A stretch of 64,000 nucleotides of DNA from Acidobacteriaceae bacterium (lineage in GTDB: Bacteria; Acidobacteriota; Terriglobia; Terriglobales; Acidobacteriaceae), in assembly GCA_003134995.1 (NCBI GenBank), contig PLDC01000023.1:18431-82430 (forward strand), in the 5' to 3' direction. Shown here one piece after another: positions 21,482-30,199 of this stretch (within the stretch, counting starts at the first letter, position 1; each line of letters starts with the position of its first letter). A program made the position numbers and the translations under genes. A model generated the notes under the pieces. That model was not told where the DNA came from. It did not search any database and saw only the letters and a program-made list of their open reading frames with translations.

Positions 21482-22805
21482 CAGCGTCACCGAGATAAGC
21501 GCGAGCAGCTTCCTGAATCACAGTCTTCAGCGGCACGTGATGCTCAGCAGCAATCTGTCTGCAATCCTCATACTCCGGAGAATAATTCGTAACCGTCCCA
21601 TTCATGCTGGCGATTTTGATCCGGACCTCGCCCCACGGAGTGCGCACATTCTCCCACCGCCGCGCCAGAGTCTGCCGCATCTCGTCGCGACGCCGCACAC
21701 CGAGCGTAGTCGTTTCAGAGAAGATCAATTGCGTCAGTCGGCTCGCGTCTTCAGGCTTGCATAAAACCGTCAACAGCGTCCCCGGACGATTCTTCTTCAT
21801 CTGCACTGGCACCACAAAAGCATCCAGCGCAGATTCTTCGAACAACCGGTCCATCACATACCCAAATACCTGGGGATTCAAATCGTCGAGATTCGCTTCC
21901 AGCACAGTAACAGTCTCCGACGCGGTCTTCGCAGCCAGCGCGTTCGAAGCAGCCTCTCCAATCGTCAGCCGCACCACATTTGGATGCCCCGGAAAATCCC
22001 GCGATCCAGCGCCGTAGCCCGACTTCTCAATCCTCATCTCAGGAAAGGCCGCGAAACGCGAAGCCAGAATCTTCACAATCGCCGCGCCCGTCGGCGTAAC
22101 CAACTCTGCCTGCAAGCCGGAAGAATACACAGGCGCGTCTTTCAGCAACTCGACCGTGGCTGGAGCGGGAACTGGAAACGTCCCATGCGCGCACTTCACC
22201 ATCCCGCCGCCGACGTTCAGAGAAGAACAGATAATCTCGTCCACGCCAAGCGCCTCGGCTCCCACGGCCGCGCAAACAATATCGACCATCGCGTCAACCG
22301 CACCGACTTCATGAAAGTGCACGCTCTCGATAGAAGTAGCGTGAATCTTCGCCTCCGCCCGGCCCAAAGCCTCGAAGATCGCGATGGCAGTTTTCTTAGC
22401 GCCCTCTGAAATCGCCGCTGCAGAAATGATCTCCCGAATCTCAGTCAAGCCGCGAGTGTGCTCGTGTGGCTGGTGCTCGTGTGCGGGTGGTCCTGCCCGC
22501 TTCTCACCAGGAGAATGTGAATGCCCATCATGCTCATGCTCGTGGTGGGAATGCTCAGCAGACCGAGAATACTGCTGTTTCCAGTACTCCTCTCGCGGCA
22601 AATCCTTCTCGCCATCCACCCAAACATCCACTTTAGTAGCCGAAATTCCGCTGCGCACCACGCGAGATATTTCCAGCCGAGCCCCAAGCCCAAGCGCCGC
22701 CACGGTCTCTTCCAGGAGTTTCGGCGGAACTCCGGCATCCACCAACGCGCCCAGAAACATGTCGCCGCTGATGCCGGAAAAACACTCAAGGTAGGCTATG
22801 CGCAT
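21471..22805 (-). CDS. larC: LarC-family nickel insertion protein (DUF111; nickel-pincer cofactor biosynthesis)
   Basis: 444 aa. MRIAYLECFSGISGDMFLGALVDAGVP. His-rich stretch SAEHSHHEHEHDGHSHSP...HEHQPHEH. Confidence 0.85.
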   Translation of the reverse strand: MRIAYLECFSGISGDMFLGALVDAGVPPKLLEETVAALGLGARLEISRVVRSGISATKVDVWVDGEKDLPREEYWKQQYSRSAEHSHHEHEHDGHSHSPGEKRAGPPAHEHQPHEHTRGLTEIREIISAAAISEGAKKTAIAIFEALGRAEAKIHATSIESVHFHEVGAVDAMVDIVCAAVGAEALGVDEIICSSLNVGGGMVKCAHGTFPVPAPATVELLKDAPVYSSGLQAELVTPTGAAIVKILASRFAAFPEMRIEKSGYGAGSRDFPGHPNVVRLTIGEAASNALAAKTASETVTVLEANLDDLNPQVFGYVMDRLFEESALDAFVVPVQMKKNRPGTLLTVLCKPEDASRLTQLIFSETTTLGVRRRDEMRQTLARRWENVRTPWGEVRIKIASMNGTVTNYSPEYEDCRQIAAEHHVPLKTVIQEAARAYLGDAAKP

Positions 22806-22812
22806 AGAAAAC

Positions 22813-22905
22813 CGTCGTTGGCCGTTCGTCGTTGGTCGTTGGCGAATTCAAAACACCCGATTGTTCAAGCGGTTGGCGAACGACCAACGACCGACGACGA
22901 ACGAC
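22813..22905. repeat. Short member of the GGTCGTTGG inverted-repeat family (long imperfect hairpin)
   Basis: Left arm cgtcgttggccgttcgtcgttggtcgttggcgaa (22813-22846), 26-nt loop, right arm ttggcgaacgaccaacgaccgacgacgaacgac (22873-22905). It sits in the divergent larC/argS promoter region. Confidence 0.6.
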
Positions 22906-23024
22906 TGATTTCGACCGATTTTTCATCATAGGGAACGCTGCATCTCGCGTCAAACCTGCTTCCGCCGCGCGCTCTGCTAAAATCACTGTCTCCTTAACCA
23001 ACTCCGAGGGAAGCAGGGAAGCCT

Positions 23025-25028
23025 TTGTATCGCGATCTCGAACACCGTCTAGCACAGCGCATCGCAGAGTTTCTCCGCAGCCGTTATCCGGACGCGTCTC
23101 TGCCCAGCGTGGTCATCGAACAGCCTCCGAAAGTCGAGCTAGGCGATTTTGCAATTCCCCTTTTTCCTTTCGCCAAGCCGCTGCGCACCGCCCCGCTGAA
23201 GATTGCCGAGGCGATCTGCGCCGGGATCGGATCCATCGAGGGCATCGCTGAAATGCAGGTCGCGCCTCCCGGCTACCTGAATGTCAAAATCGATCGCGCT
23301 TCGATGGCCGTTGCGCTCAGCGCCGACCAGAAACCTCCCGCCGAAGTTCCCGCGGGAAAGATTCTGGTCGAGCACACCAGCATCAACCCCAATAAAGCAG
23401 CCCACATCGGTCACCTGCGCAACGCTATTCTCGGGGACACATTCGTCCGCCTGCTGCGTTACGAGGACCGCGAAGTCGACGTGCAAAATTACATCGACAA
23501 CACCGGCGTGCAGGTTGCTGACGTGGTGGTGGGCTTCACGCAGATCGAGAAAAAATCTCGCGCAGAAATCGAAGCCCTCACGCGTCAGCCGCGTTTCGAT
23601 TACTACTGCTGGGATCTCTACGCCCGTGTCTCGCAGTGGTATGCGCAGGATAAAAATAATCTGCAGGCACGGCGCGAAACACTGCACGCCATCGAAGACG
23701 CATCGAGCGATACCGCAGCGATCGCCGAACTGATTTCGACTGCCGTGCTCCGCCGCCATCTCGAAACCATGGACCGCCTCGACATCGAATACGATTTTCT
23801 GCCGCGCGAGAGTGAAATCCTGCACCTAAATTTCTGGGATGCGGCCTTCGCCAAGCTGAAAGAAGCGGGCGTTCTCACATACGAGAACGAAGGCAAGAAC
23901 AAGGGCTGCTGGATCATGCGCCGCGCCGGCACAACGTCAAAAGCTTCCACCACAGAGAACGCAGAGGACACAGAGGAACCAGAGAAAATATCCGAGGAAG
24001 ACCAAAAAGTAATCGTCCGCTCGAACGGCACGGTAGGCTATGTCGGCAAAGACATCGCCTATCACATGTGGAAGTTCGGCTTGCTGGGCCGCGACTTCAA
24101 CTATCGCAAGTTCTATCGCTATCCCAACCAGCACGAATGCTGGATCTCCGCCATGCAAGGCGAGAAAGATCATCCGCACTTTGGCAATGTCGCTGAAATC
24201 TATAACGTGATCGACGCCCGCCAGTCCGAAGCGCAGAACACAGTAATTGAAGCCCTGCGCGGCCTCGGCCACAACGAAGCAGCGGACCACTATACGCATT
24301 TTTCTTACGAAATGGTCGCGCTAACGCCGCGCTGCGCAGCCGAACTGGGCTACACGTTGAGCGAAGAAGATAAGGCGCGATCCTACATCGAAGTCTCAGG
24401 TCGCAAAGGATTCGGCGTCAAAGCTGACGATCTGCTCGATCGACTCATCGCCTCGGCCAAGAACGAAGTCGATTCCCGCCATCCTCAACTCACCGACGCC
24501 GAACGCCTCTCCATTGCAACGCAAATCGCGATCGGTGCGCTCCGTTACTTCATGCTGAAGTTCACCAAACAATCCGTGATTGCCTTCGACTTCAAAGAAG
24601 CGCTCAGCTTCGAGGGCGAAACGGGACCCTATGCGCAATATGCGGTAGTTCGCGCGACCAGCATCTTCAAAAAAGCAGAAATCGACCTCGAAAGTTTCTG
24701 TAGAGACGTTGCTCGCAACGTCTCTGCCGAAAGCTTCACGAAGTTTTTGGCTGGCAACAACGCGGATGAATTCTGGGAACTCTGGCAAGCCTCGGCAAAG
24801 ACGTCCTACATTGTGGACCAATGCATTGCGACCACAGAGCCAGCCTACCTTGCCAAACACGCCTTCCAACTGGCGCAACTCTTCAGCGCTTTTTATCACC
24901 GCCATCCAATACTGAGCGAGCCCGATGAGAAGCGAAAGCGATTTCTGCTGGCCACGGTCGCGGTGGTTCGCCGCGAAATGATTCGCACGCTGGCAGTGAT
25001 GGGCATCACAGTTCCGCCCCTCATGTAA
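23025..25028 (+). CDS. argS: Arginyl-tRNA synthetase (long form)
   Basis: 667 aa, TTG start. HTSINPNKAAHIGHLRN (HIGH). The C-terminal DALR anticodon-binding region ends ...MGITVPPLM. Confidence 0.9.
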   Translation: MYRDLEHRLAQRIAEFLRSRYPDASLPSVVIEQPPKVELGDFAIPLFPFAKPLRTAPLKIAEAICAGIGSIEGIAEMQVAPPGYLNVKIDRASMAVALSADQKPPAEVPAGKILVEHTSINPNKAAHIGHLRNAILGDTFVRLLRYEDREVDVQNYIDNTGVQVADVVVGFTQIEKKSRAEIEALTRQPRFDYYCWDLYARVSQWYAQDKNNLQARRETLHAIEDASSDTAAIAELISTAVLRRHLETMDRLDIEYDFLPRESEILHLNFWDAAFAKLKEAGVLTYENEGKNKGCWIMRRAGTTSKASTTENAEDTEEPEKISEEDQKVIVRSNGTVGYVGKDIAYHMWKFGLLGRDFNYRKFYRYPNQHECWISAMQGEKDHPHFGNVAEIYNVIDARQSEAQNTVIEALRGLGHNEAADHYTHFSYEMVALTPRCAAELGYTLSEEDKARSYIEVSGRKGFGVKADDLLDRLIASAKNEVDSRHPQLTDAERLSIATQIAIGALRYFMLKFTKQSVIAFDFKEALSFEGETGPYAQYAVVRATSIFKKAEIDLESFCRDVARNVSAESFTKFLAGNNADEFWELWQASAKTSYIVDQCIATTEPAYLAKHAFQLAQLFSAFYHRHPILSEPDEKRKRFLLATVAVVRREMIRTLAVMGITVPPLM

Positions 25029-25078
25029 AATCCCGCAAGTGTACCGGGGCCGCCCCGCCCGCCCGGCCGAAGATACAA

Positions 25079-26095
25079 ATGCCACAGACCACGCCCTCAG
25101 CAACGCAAAGTCACTGGATGCGCCACATGGTCATCGGCTTCGCATTGCTGATGCTCATTCTTGCTGCGGCCGGAATCCTCTATCAGTCCGTCGCTTCCAC
25201 GCTCGACCGCCGCGCCCATCTCATGCCCGGCGAACTTATCGACGTCGGCGGCTACAAGATGCACATCGATTGCGAGGGCCAGGGCACGCCAACGGTCATC
25301 CTCGAATCCGGTCTCGGCGATTCATTTTTCTCGTGGCAAAAAGTGCAGCCGAAGATCGCGCAATTCACGCGCGTCTGTTCCTACGATCGCGCCGGCCTAG
25401 GCTACAGCGATACCAGCCCGCACCCTCGCACCAGCAAAGTCTTCGCCGAAGAATTGCACACGCTCCTGCACAATGCCGGAATTCCCGCGCCCTACGTTTT
25501 AGCCGGTCACTCCATGGGAGGGTTCGATGTGCGTCTCTATGCCAGTCTCTATCGAACTGAAGTTGCCGGTGTGGTTCTCATCGACTCTTCCCACCCGGAG
25601 CAGCAGAAACGCCTGCCTCCCGCATTGAACGATATGGACGCAACTTGGCTGCGGGAGCAGGAATTCATGGAATTCGTCATGCCATTCGGAATCCCGCGCC
25701 TCATGGGATTCTGCGGGTCCGATGCCGAAGTGCGCGCCGCCGAATGCAACTTCCACAATGCGCGCGAAGGAGTGGCGGAATCGAAAGCAATTTCCGAAAG
25801 CGCTGCGCAGGCGGCCATGGCTGGCAATCTCGGCGACATTCCACTCGCTGTCCTCTCGGAAGATCCCAATCAGCCCCAACCCGATCTGCCCGAAGATCTG
25901 GTCAAGCCCGCTAGTGACGCCTGGCAACAGATGCAGGACGAATTGGCTCATCTCTCGAGTCGCGGCACGCGCGTGATCGCAAAAAACAGCGGACACTTCA
26001 TCCAACTCGACCGGCCCGACGTTGTGATTGAAGCCGTGCACAAAGTTGTAAATCAGGTGCGCCACGCACAATCTGGGACGGAAGCCAGGCAGTAA
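25079..26095 (+). CDS. Membrane-anchored alpha/beta-hydrolase
   Basis: 338 aa. N-terminal TM segment HMVIGFALLMLILAAAGILY. Nucleophile elbow LAGHSMGG. C-terminal AKNSGHFIQLDRPD (catalytic His region). Confidence 0.8.
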   Translation: MPQTTPSATQSHWMRHMVIGFALLMLILAAAGILYQSVASTLDRRAHLMPGELIDVGGYKMHIDCEGQGTPTVILESGLGDSFFSWQKVQPKIAQFTRVCSYDRAGLGYSDTSPHPRTSKVFAEELHTLLHNAGIPAPYVLAGHSMGGFDVRLYASLYRTEVAGVVLIDSSHPEQQKRLPPALNDMDATWLREQEFMEFVMPFGIPRLMGFCGSDAEVRAAECNFHNAREGVAESKAISESAAQAAMAGNLGDIPLAVLSEDPNQPQPDLPEDLVKPASDAWQQMQDELAHLSSRGTRVIAKNSGHFIQLDRPDVVIEAVHKVVNQVRHAQSGTEARQ

Positions 26096-26225
26096 CGAAT
26101 CAAAAATCCGAACCTGCTAGCGCGAAGCTTCCCTAGCCATGCCGCCTGTTTCTATTTTCTGCACCGGCCAGTTATGTCAAACTAATATTTTCGTGCCGCA
26201 ATTTTGTGTTCCTGAGGTCCTATCG

Positions 26226-26495
26226 ATGTGCAGAAATATCAAAACGCTTTTCAACTTCGATCCGCCAGTCAATGCCGAAGAGATTCGAGCCGCGTCTCTG
26301 CAATTCGTGAGGAAGATCACCGGTTTCAACAAACCATCGAAGGCCAACGAAGCTTCGTTCCTGGCTGCGGTCGATGAGGTAGCCGCCATCTCCGCGCGGC
26401 TTCTCCATTCGCTCGAAACCACCGCGCCGCCGAAGAGTCGCGAGGAAGAGGCCGCGAAGGCAAAGGCTCGCGCCGCAGAAAGATTCGGCGCTTGA
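26226..26495 (+). CDS. DUF2277-family small protein
   Basis: MCRNIKTLFNFDPPVNAEEIRAASLQFVRKITGFNKPSKANEASF matches my recollection of the DUF2277 N-terminus. The ATG at 26226 is preferred to the track start. Confidence 0.65.
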   Translation: MCRNIKTLFNFDPPVNAEEIRAASLQFVRKITGFNKPSKANEASFLAAVDEVAAISARLLHSLETTAPPKSREEEAAKAKARAAERFGA

Positions 26496-27235
26496 GGTTG
26501 CTGCGGAGAGGAAGAATGGGTGAGGTCCGCTCGTCTGATATGCGATCCGACGATGCTGTGGTGCGGGCAGTTCGCCGCGCGGCAGCAATCGATCTTGCCG
26601 TCGCGATTGCGTTTTTGGTTGTCTGCTACGTCAGCGAACCGGCCTTAGACTCGCTTCTGCGGCGCGGCCACGGCTTGGCTGGCGTTGTTGTCCTCGCTGC
26701 CAACCAATTCACCTTTGAAGGCCTGGCACTACTTCTCATCATGCGGATTCGGAGTGAGCGTTTTTCCGACTATGGGTTCACTGTACGAAACGCCGGCATG
26801 TCTGTGGCTTTAGCATTGGTGTTGGCAGCAATTTACGATGTCGGTATGTCATGGCATGCTCATGCGTTGCTGTGGATTCCGCTGCGTCGCCAACCTGCGA
26901 CGCGCATGTCATTGGAGCTTGGCTTTCCACTGTCTTTGGCGGGACTTGCCGTGACGGTTGCCACATGGGGTTTCTTTGAAGGTTGCTTCGGAGTCTTTTT
27001 TGCCAAGAAACTGAACCGGGCATTCGGCCACAGCGGACGCGGCTGGTTCTCACCAGGAGTGATTGGCTTCGCCCTCTTCAATGGATTGATTCACCTTACC
27101 GTGCACCAAGGCATGGCAGGCTTCGTCGGGAGCTTCGCATCTGGATACGCGATCGCCGTGATCCCTGGGGTGACCGAAAATGCCTGGGGAAGCGCGCTTG
27201 TTCAAACGCTGACCGACGCGGTTGGAAAGCTCTGA
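26492..27235 (+). CDS. Polytopic membrane protein, CPBP/Abi-like layout with degenerate catalytic motifs
   Basis: 247 aa with 6 or more hydrophobic segments. WGFFEGCFGVFF and GFALFNGLIHL sit where the CPBP motifs EExxxR and FxxxH would be, but the EE..R and terminal H..N motifs are not intact. Start uncertain (TTG 26492 or ATG 26516). Confidence 0.5.
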   Translation: MRLLRRGRMGEVRSSDMRSDDAVVRAVRRAAAIDLAVAIAFLVVCYVSEPALDSLLRRGHGLAGVVVLAANQFTFEGLALLLIMRIRSERFSDYGFTVRNAGMSVALALVLAAIYDVGMSWHAHALLWIPLRRQPATRMSLELGFPLSLAGLAVTVATWGFFEGCFGVFFAKKLNRAFGHSGRGWFSPGVIGFALFNGLIHLTVHQGMAGFVGSFASGYAIAVIPGVTENAWGSALVQTLTDAVGKL

Positions 27236-27587
27236 CTACTTCTAACTTGTTGACGCTTCGTGTAAGTTGTTGAAACTGTTTGTAAGTCATTGACGCATTA
27301 ACTTCTGGCTATAGGGCGGGAGCGGCGTTCTCGCTGGGATGCCCCAGGATCGCGTTTCTTTTTGGAGTGGCCTTGGGTCCACCCATTTCCTAGCTCGCGT
27401 TCCTAGGGTCGTTTCCGGCTCAGGAAATGGCATTCCTCGCGAGGTTCAGATCGCCAATTGTCACCCGATGCGGCGCGCATTCCGCCAATATCTAGCAGCT
27501 ACAATGAATTCAATGACTTACGGCGGATTGCATTGAAAGCAGTGCAAAGTGCAGCGGGGACGCCACGATTCGCACAAGATTAGACTA

Positions 27588-27631
27588 GTGGGCGCAGCCC
27601 ACTTGACGCATATTCCCACTGATGCTATGTT
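27588..27631 (+). promoter_or_regulatory. Sigma70-like promoter with an upstream palindrome, for the toxin-antitoxin operon
   Basis: Palindrome GTGGGC-gca-GCCCAC (27588-27602) abuts TTGACG (27603-27608). A 17-nt spacer follows, then TATGTT (27626-27631). The antitoxin ATG lies 6 nt downstream (27638), so the transcript may be leaderless. Confidence 0.4.
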
Positions 27632-27637
27632 GGGTCT

Positions 27638-27934
27638 ATGCCGAGTCCCCCAATCGTTAGAGATGCCAATTTCCGGTTGGTTTCGGAGTTTGCACAGCCA
27701 GACGCAAAGAGACGCTTATCTCTGGGAGAAGCTCTGGCTGGAGCCACGGCGTACAACATCTACAGGAATAGCCTCGGCCAGCTCATTCTTGATCCGGTAA
27801 AGGCTGTTCCCGCCAGCGAGATGTGGCTTTACGAAAATCCGCCAGCTCTGGCCAGTGTAAAACGAGGTTTGAGGGAGTCCGCGGAAGGCAAGACCGTTTA
27901 TCGCGGCTCGTTTGCCAAGCACGCCGAGGAATAG
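27638..27934 (+). CDS. AbrB/MazE/SpoVT-type antitoxin
   Basis: 98 aa. ...KRRLSLGEALAGATAYNIYRNSLGQLILDPVKAVP (swapped-hairpin-like core), then EMWLYENPPALASVKRGLRESAEG. The stop lies 2 nt before the toxin start. Confidence 0.65.
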   Translation: MPSPPIVRDANFRLVSEFAQPDAKRRLSLGEALAGATAYNIYRNSLGQLILDPVKAVPASEMWLYENPPALASVKRGLRESAEGKTVYRGSFAKHAEE

Positions 27935-27936
27935 GC

Positions 27937-28254
27937 GTGCAACGAAAAATCAGATTCACTGCCACAGCGGACGAGCAATTTTCGGCTCTCGAAAACAGCA
28001 AGTCGAGAGCTTCAATTTTTGAGCAGGTTCGAAAGGCGCTCGGCTACCTCGAAATCGACCCGCACCATCCCAGCCTTAACACGCACGAGTTCACTTCGCT
28101 GGCCGGAGCCAATGGCGAGAAGGTATTCGAGGCGTACGCTCAAAACAACACGCCCGGTGCCTGCCGCATATTCTGGCACTACGGCCCCGATGAGACTAAG
28201 GGGAAGAAACGATCCCCGGTGATCACTATCATTGCGATCACACCTCATCCCTAG
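27937..28254 (+). CDS. RelE/ParE-superfamily (YoeB/RelE-like) toxin
   Basis: GTG 27937 preceded by GAGGAA. VQRKIRFTATADEQFSALEN...DPHHPSLNTHEFTSL...CRIFWHYGPDE...VITIIAITPHP. The size (105 aa) and the C-terminal I.IIAI.PHP ending are typical of RelE-fold toxins. Confidence 0.65.
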   Translation: MQRKIRFTATADEQFSALENSKSRASIFEQVRKALGYLEIDPHHPSLNTHEFTSLAGANGEKVFEAYAQNNTPGACRIFWHYGPDETKGKKRSPVITIIAITPHP

Positions 28255-28274
28255 CGTGAATGGGTGTTCGCGGG

Positions 28275-28487
28275 CTAACTCTTCCTGCCAGCGATCATCA
28301 GCCCAGCGCCCGCGACGATCAAAACCACGCTTACGACCGGCGAAATCCTCTCGTCGTCGTGCGTTGTGACGCCCACGTGCGCGTCGCCGAGGCTGACGCC
28401 GTGGTGCTCGGAATGCGGAAAGGGAACGAAGAACGAAATGACTCCAAGCACCAGCACCACAACTCCAACCAGCAGTAGAGCTTTCAT
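28275..28487 (-). CDS. Small two-TM membrane protein
   Basis: MKALLLVGVVVLVLGVISFFVPFP...VVSVVLIVAGAGLMIAGRKS. GGAGG lies 6 nt upstream of ATG 28487. Confidence 0.55.
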   Translation of the reverse strand: MKALLLVGVVVLVLGVISFFVPFPHSEHHGVSLGDAHVGVTTHDDERISPVVSVVLIVAGAGLMIAGRKS

Positions 28488-28589
28488 GGGCATCCTCCGC
28501 GCATAAGATGACACCCGAGCCGAAAACGCTGTCACAAGAATGACTTAAACAGCCCGGCGGCCTCCGCGAAGGGTGCGGTCTTCAATTTT

Positions 28590-30104
28590 CTATCCCGCAA
28601 AACCCTTCACAAACTCCACCAGGCTGCGCAGGGCGATCCCCGAAGGGCCTTTGGCGATCCAGGGTTTTTGGTCTTCCATCCAGGCGGTGCCGGCGATGTC
28701 GAGGTGAATCCACGGAGTGTCTTCGGCGAACTCTTTCAGGAACATGGCCGCGTTGATGGCGCCGCCCCAGCGTCCGCCGGAGTTGACCATGTCGGCGATG
28801 GTGGACTTGATGTTGTCTTTGTATTCGTCATCGATCGGCAAGCGCCACATTTTTTCGCCGGCTTCGGCGTTCGCTTTGTGGAAGCGCTCGTACATGTCGT
28901 CGTCGTTGGCGAAGAGACCTGCATTGGCGAAGCCGAGCGCGATCACAACCGCGCCGGTGAGCGTGGCGGCGTCGACGAGATGCGTCGCGCCCAGTTGCTT
29001 GGCATAATGCAAACCATCGGCCAGCACGAGCCGGCCTTCAGCGTCCGTGTTAATGATTTCGATGCTTTTGCCCGACATCGCAATCTGAACGTCGCCCGGT
29101 TTCTGCGCTTTACCCGAGGGCATGTTCTCTGTCGCGCAAACAATTCCGATCACTTTCACTTTCGGCTTCAGCAGCGCGATGGCGCGCATGGCGCCGATCA
29201 TCGTCGCTCCGCCCGCCATGTCGTATTTCATTTTTTCCATGCCATCGGCAGGCTTGATCGAAATGCCGCCGGTGTCAAACGTAATTCCTTTGCCCACAAG
29301 GCCTAAGACGGGTTTTTCCGGCGCGCCCGCGGGTTCGTATTTCATGACGATCAGCGCGGGTGGCTCGTCGGAACCTTGCGCCACGCTCCAGAATGCTCCC
29401 ATCTTTAATTCTTTGATTTTGTCGGCGCCGTAAACTTCACATTTCAAACCGACTTCCTCGCACATCTTCTTGGCGCGGTCGCCGAGGATGGTGGGGGTCA
29501 TGCGATTCGACGGCTCGTTCACGAGATCGCGCGTGAAGTTCTGCGATTCGCCGACTACTTGCGCTTCGTGCGCGGCTTTGTCGAGCGCGGCATGATCGCT
29601 GTTCCCGCTGGCGAGGATGGTAAGTGCATCAATCTTCTGATCTTTGCGGTCACTGCGGTAGTAGTCAGGATCGAAGTTGCCGACCAGCGCGCCCTCGACA
29701 ATCGCCCGCACGGCTTCTGCGGCGGGAATGTTGGGGGGTGCGATGAAGGCGAAGCTGCGGATTCCGCGCGACTTCAGGGTGCGTACGGCGGCTCCGGCAA
29801 TGCGGCGCAGTTCGTAGCTGGTGAATTTTTTCGCCGAGCCGCCGCCAATCAGCAACAGGCGCTTGGCCTTCAGTCCGGCGGGCTTGTGCAGTAGATTCAT
29901 TTCAAAGGGCTTGCCGGTCAATTCGCCGCTCACCAGCAAGTCGGCGGGAACGGACTGGACAGCGGTATCGCTGGTCGCGAGCTTGAGTTGCGGCTTAGCA
30001 TCTTTGTTTTTTTCTCCTGTCGGGTCGGCTTGGTTGAGCACGATGGCGACGAGAGATTCGGTTTCGAGTTGAGCAGGCGTAGTGAGAGAAATTGTCGTTT
30101 TCAT
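28590..30104 (-). CDS. pepA: Leucyl aminopeptidase (M17)
   Basis: 504 aa. GKGITFDTGGISIKP and NTDAEGRLVLADGLHYA signatures. Confidence 0.95.
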   Translation of the reverse strand: MKTTISLTTPAQLETESLVAIVLNQADPTGEKNKDAKPQLKLATSDTAVQSVPADLLVSGELTGKPFEMNLLHKPAGLKAKRLLLIGGGSAKKFTSYELRRIAGAAVRTLKSRGIRSFAFIAPPNIPAAEAVRAIVEGALVGNFDPDYYRSDRKDQKIDALTILASGNSDHAALDKAAHEAQVVGESQNFTRDLVNEPSNRMTPTILGDRAKKMCEEVGLKCEVYGADKIKELKMGAFWSVAQGSDEPPALIVMKYEPAGAPEKPVLGLVGKGITFDTGGISIKPADGMEKMKYDMAGGATMIGAMRAIALLKPKVKVIGIVCATENMPSGKAQKPGDVQIAMSGKSIEIINTDAEGRLVLADGLHYAKQLGATHLVDAATLTGAVVIALGFANAGLFANDDDMYERFHKANAEAGEKMWRLPIDDEYKDNIKSTIADMVNSGGRWGGAINAAMFLKEFAEDTPWIHLDIAGTAWMEDQKPWIAKGPSGIALRSLVEFVKGFAG

Positions 30105-30199
30105 GATTTCGTTTATAAGTTTTCGGGTGACACTCCAGTATCGTCGGCAAACGGGACTAACGCAAGGGCGGCACTACCTGGAAATGGAGTCGATGCTAC

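Noticed and set aside
21428-21490. N-terminal 21-residue extension of MetG in the ORF track (MTLQNLKHRGHRGSQGNSKDF)
   Set aside because: This segment is the translated CCNYGTG intergenic repeat and overlaps the larC 3' end. The MetG homology starts at MSRKFYITTP.
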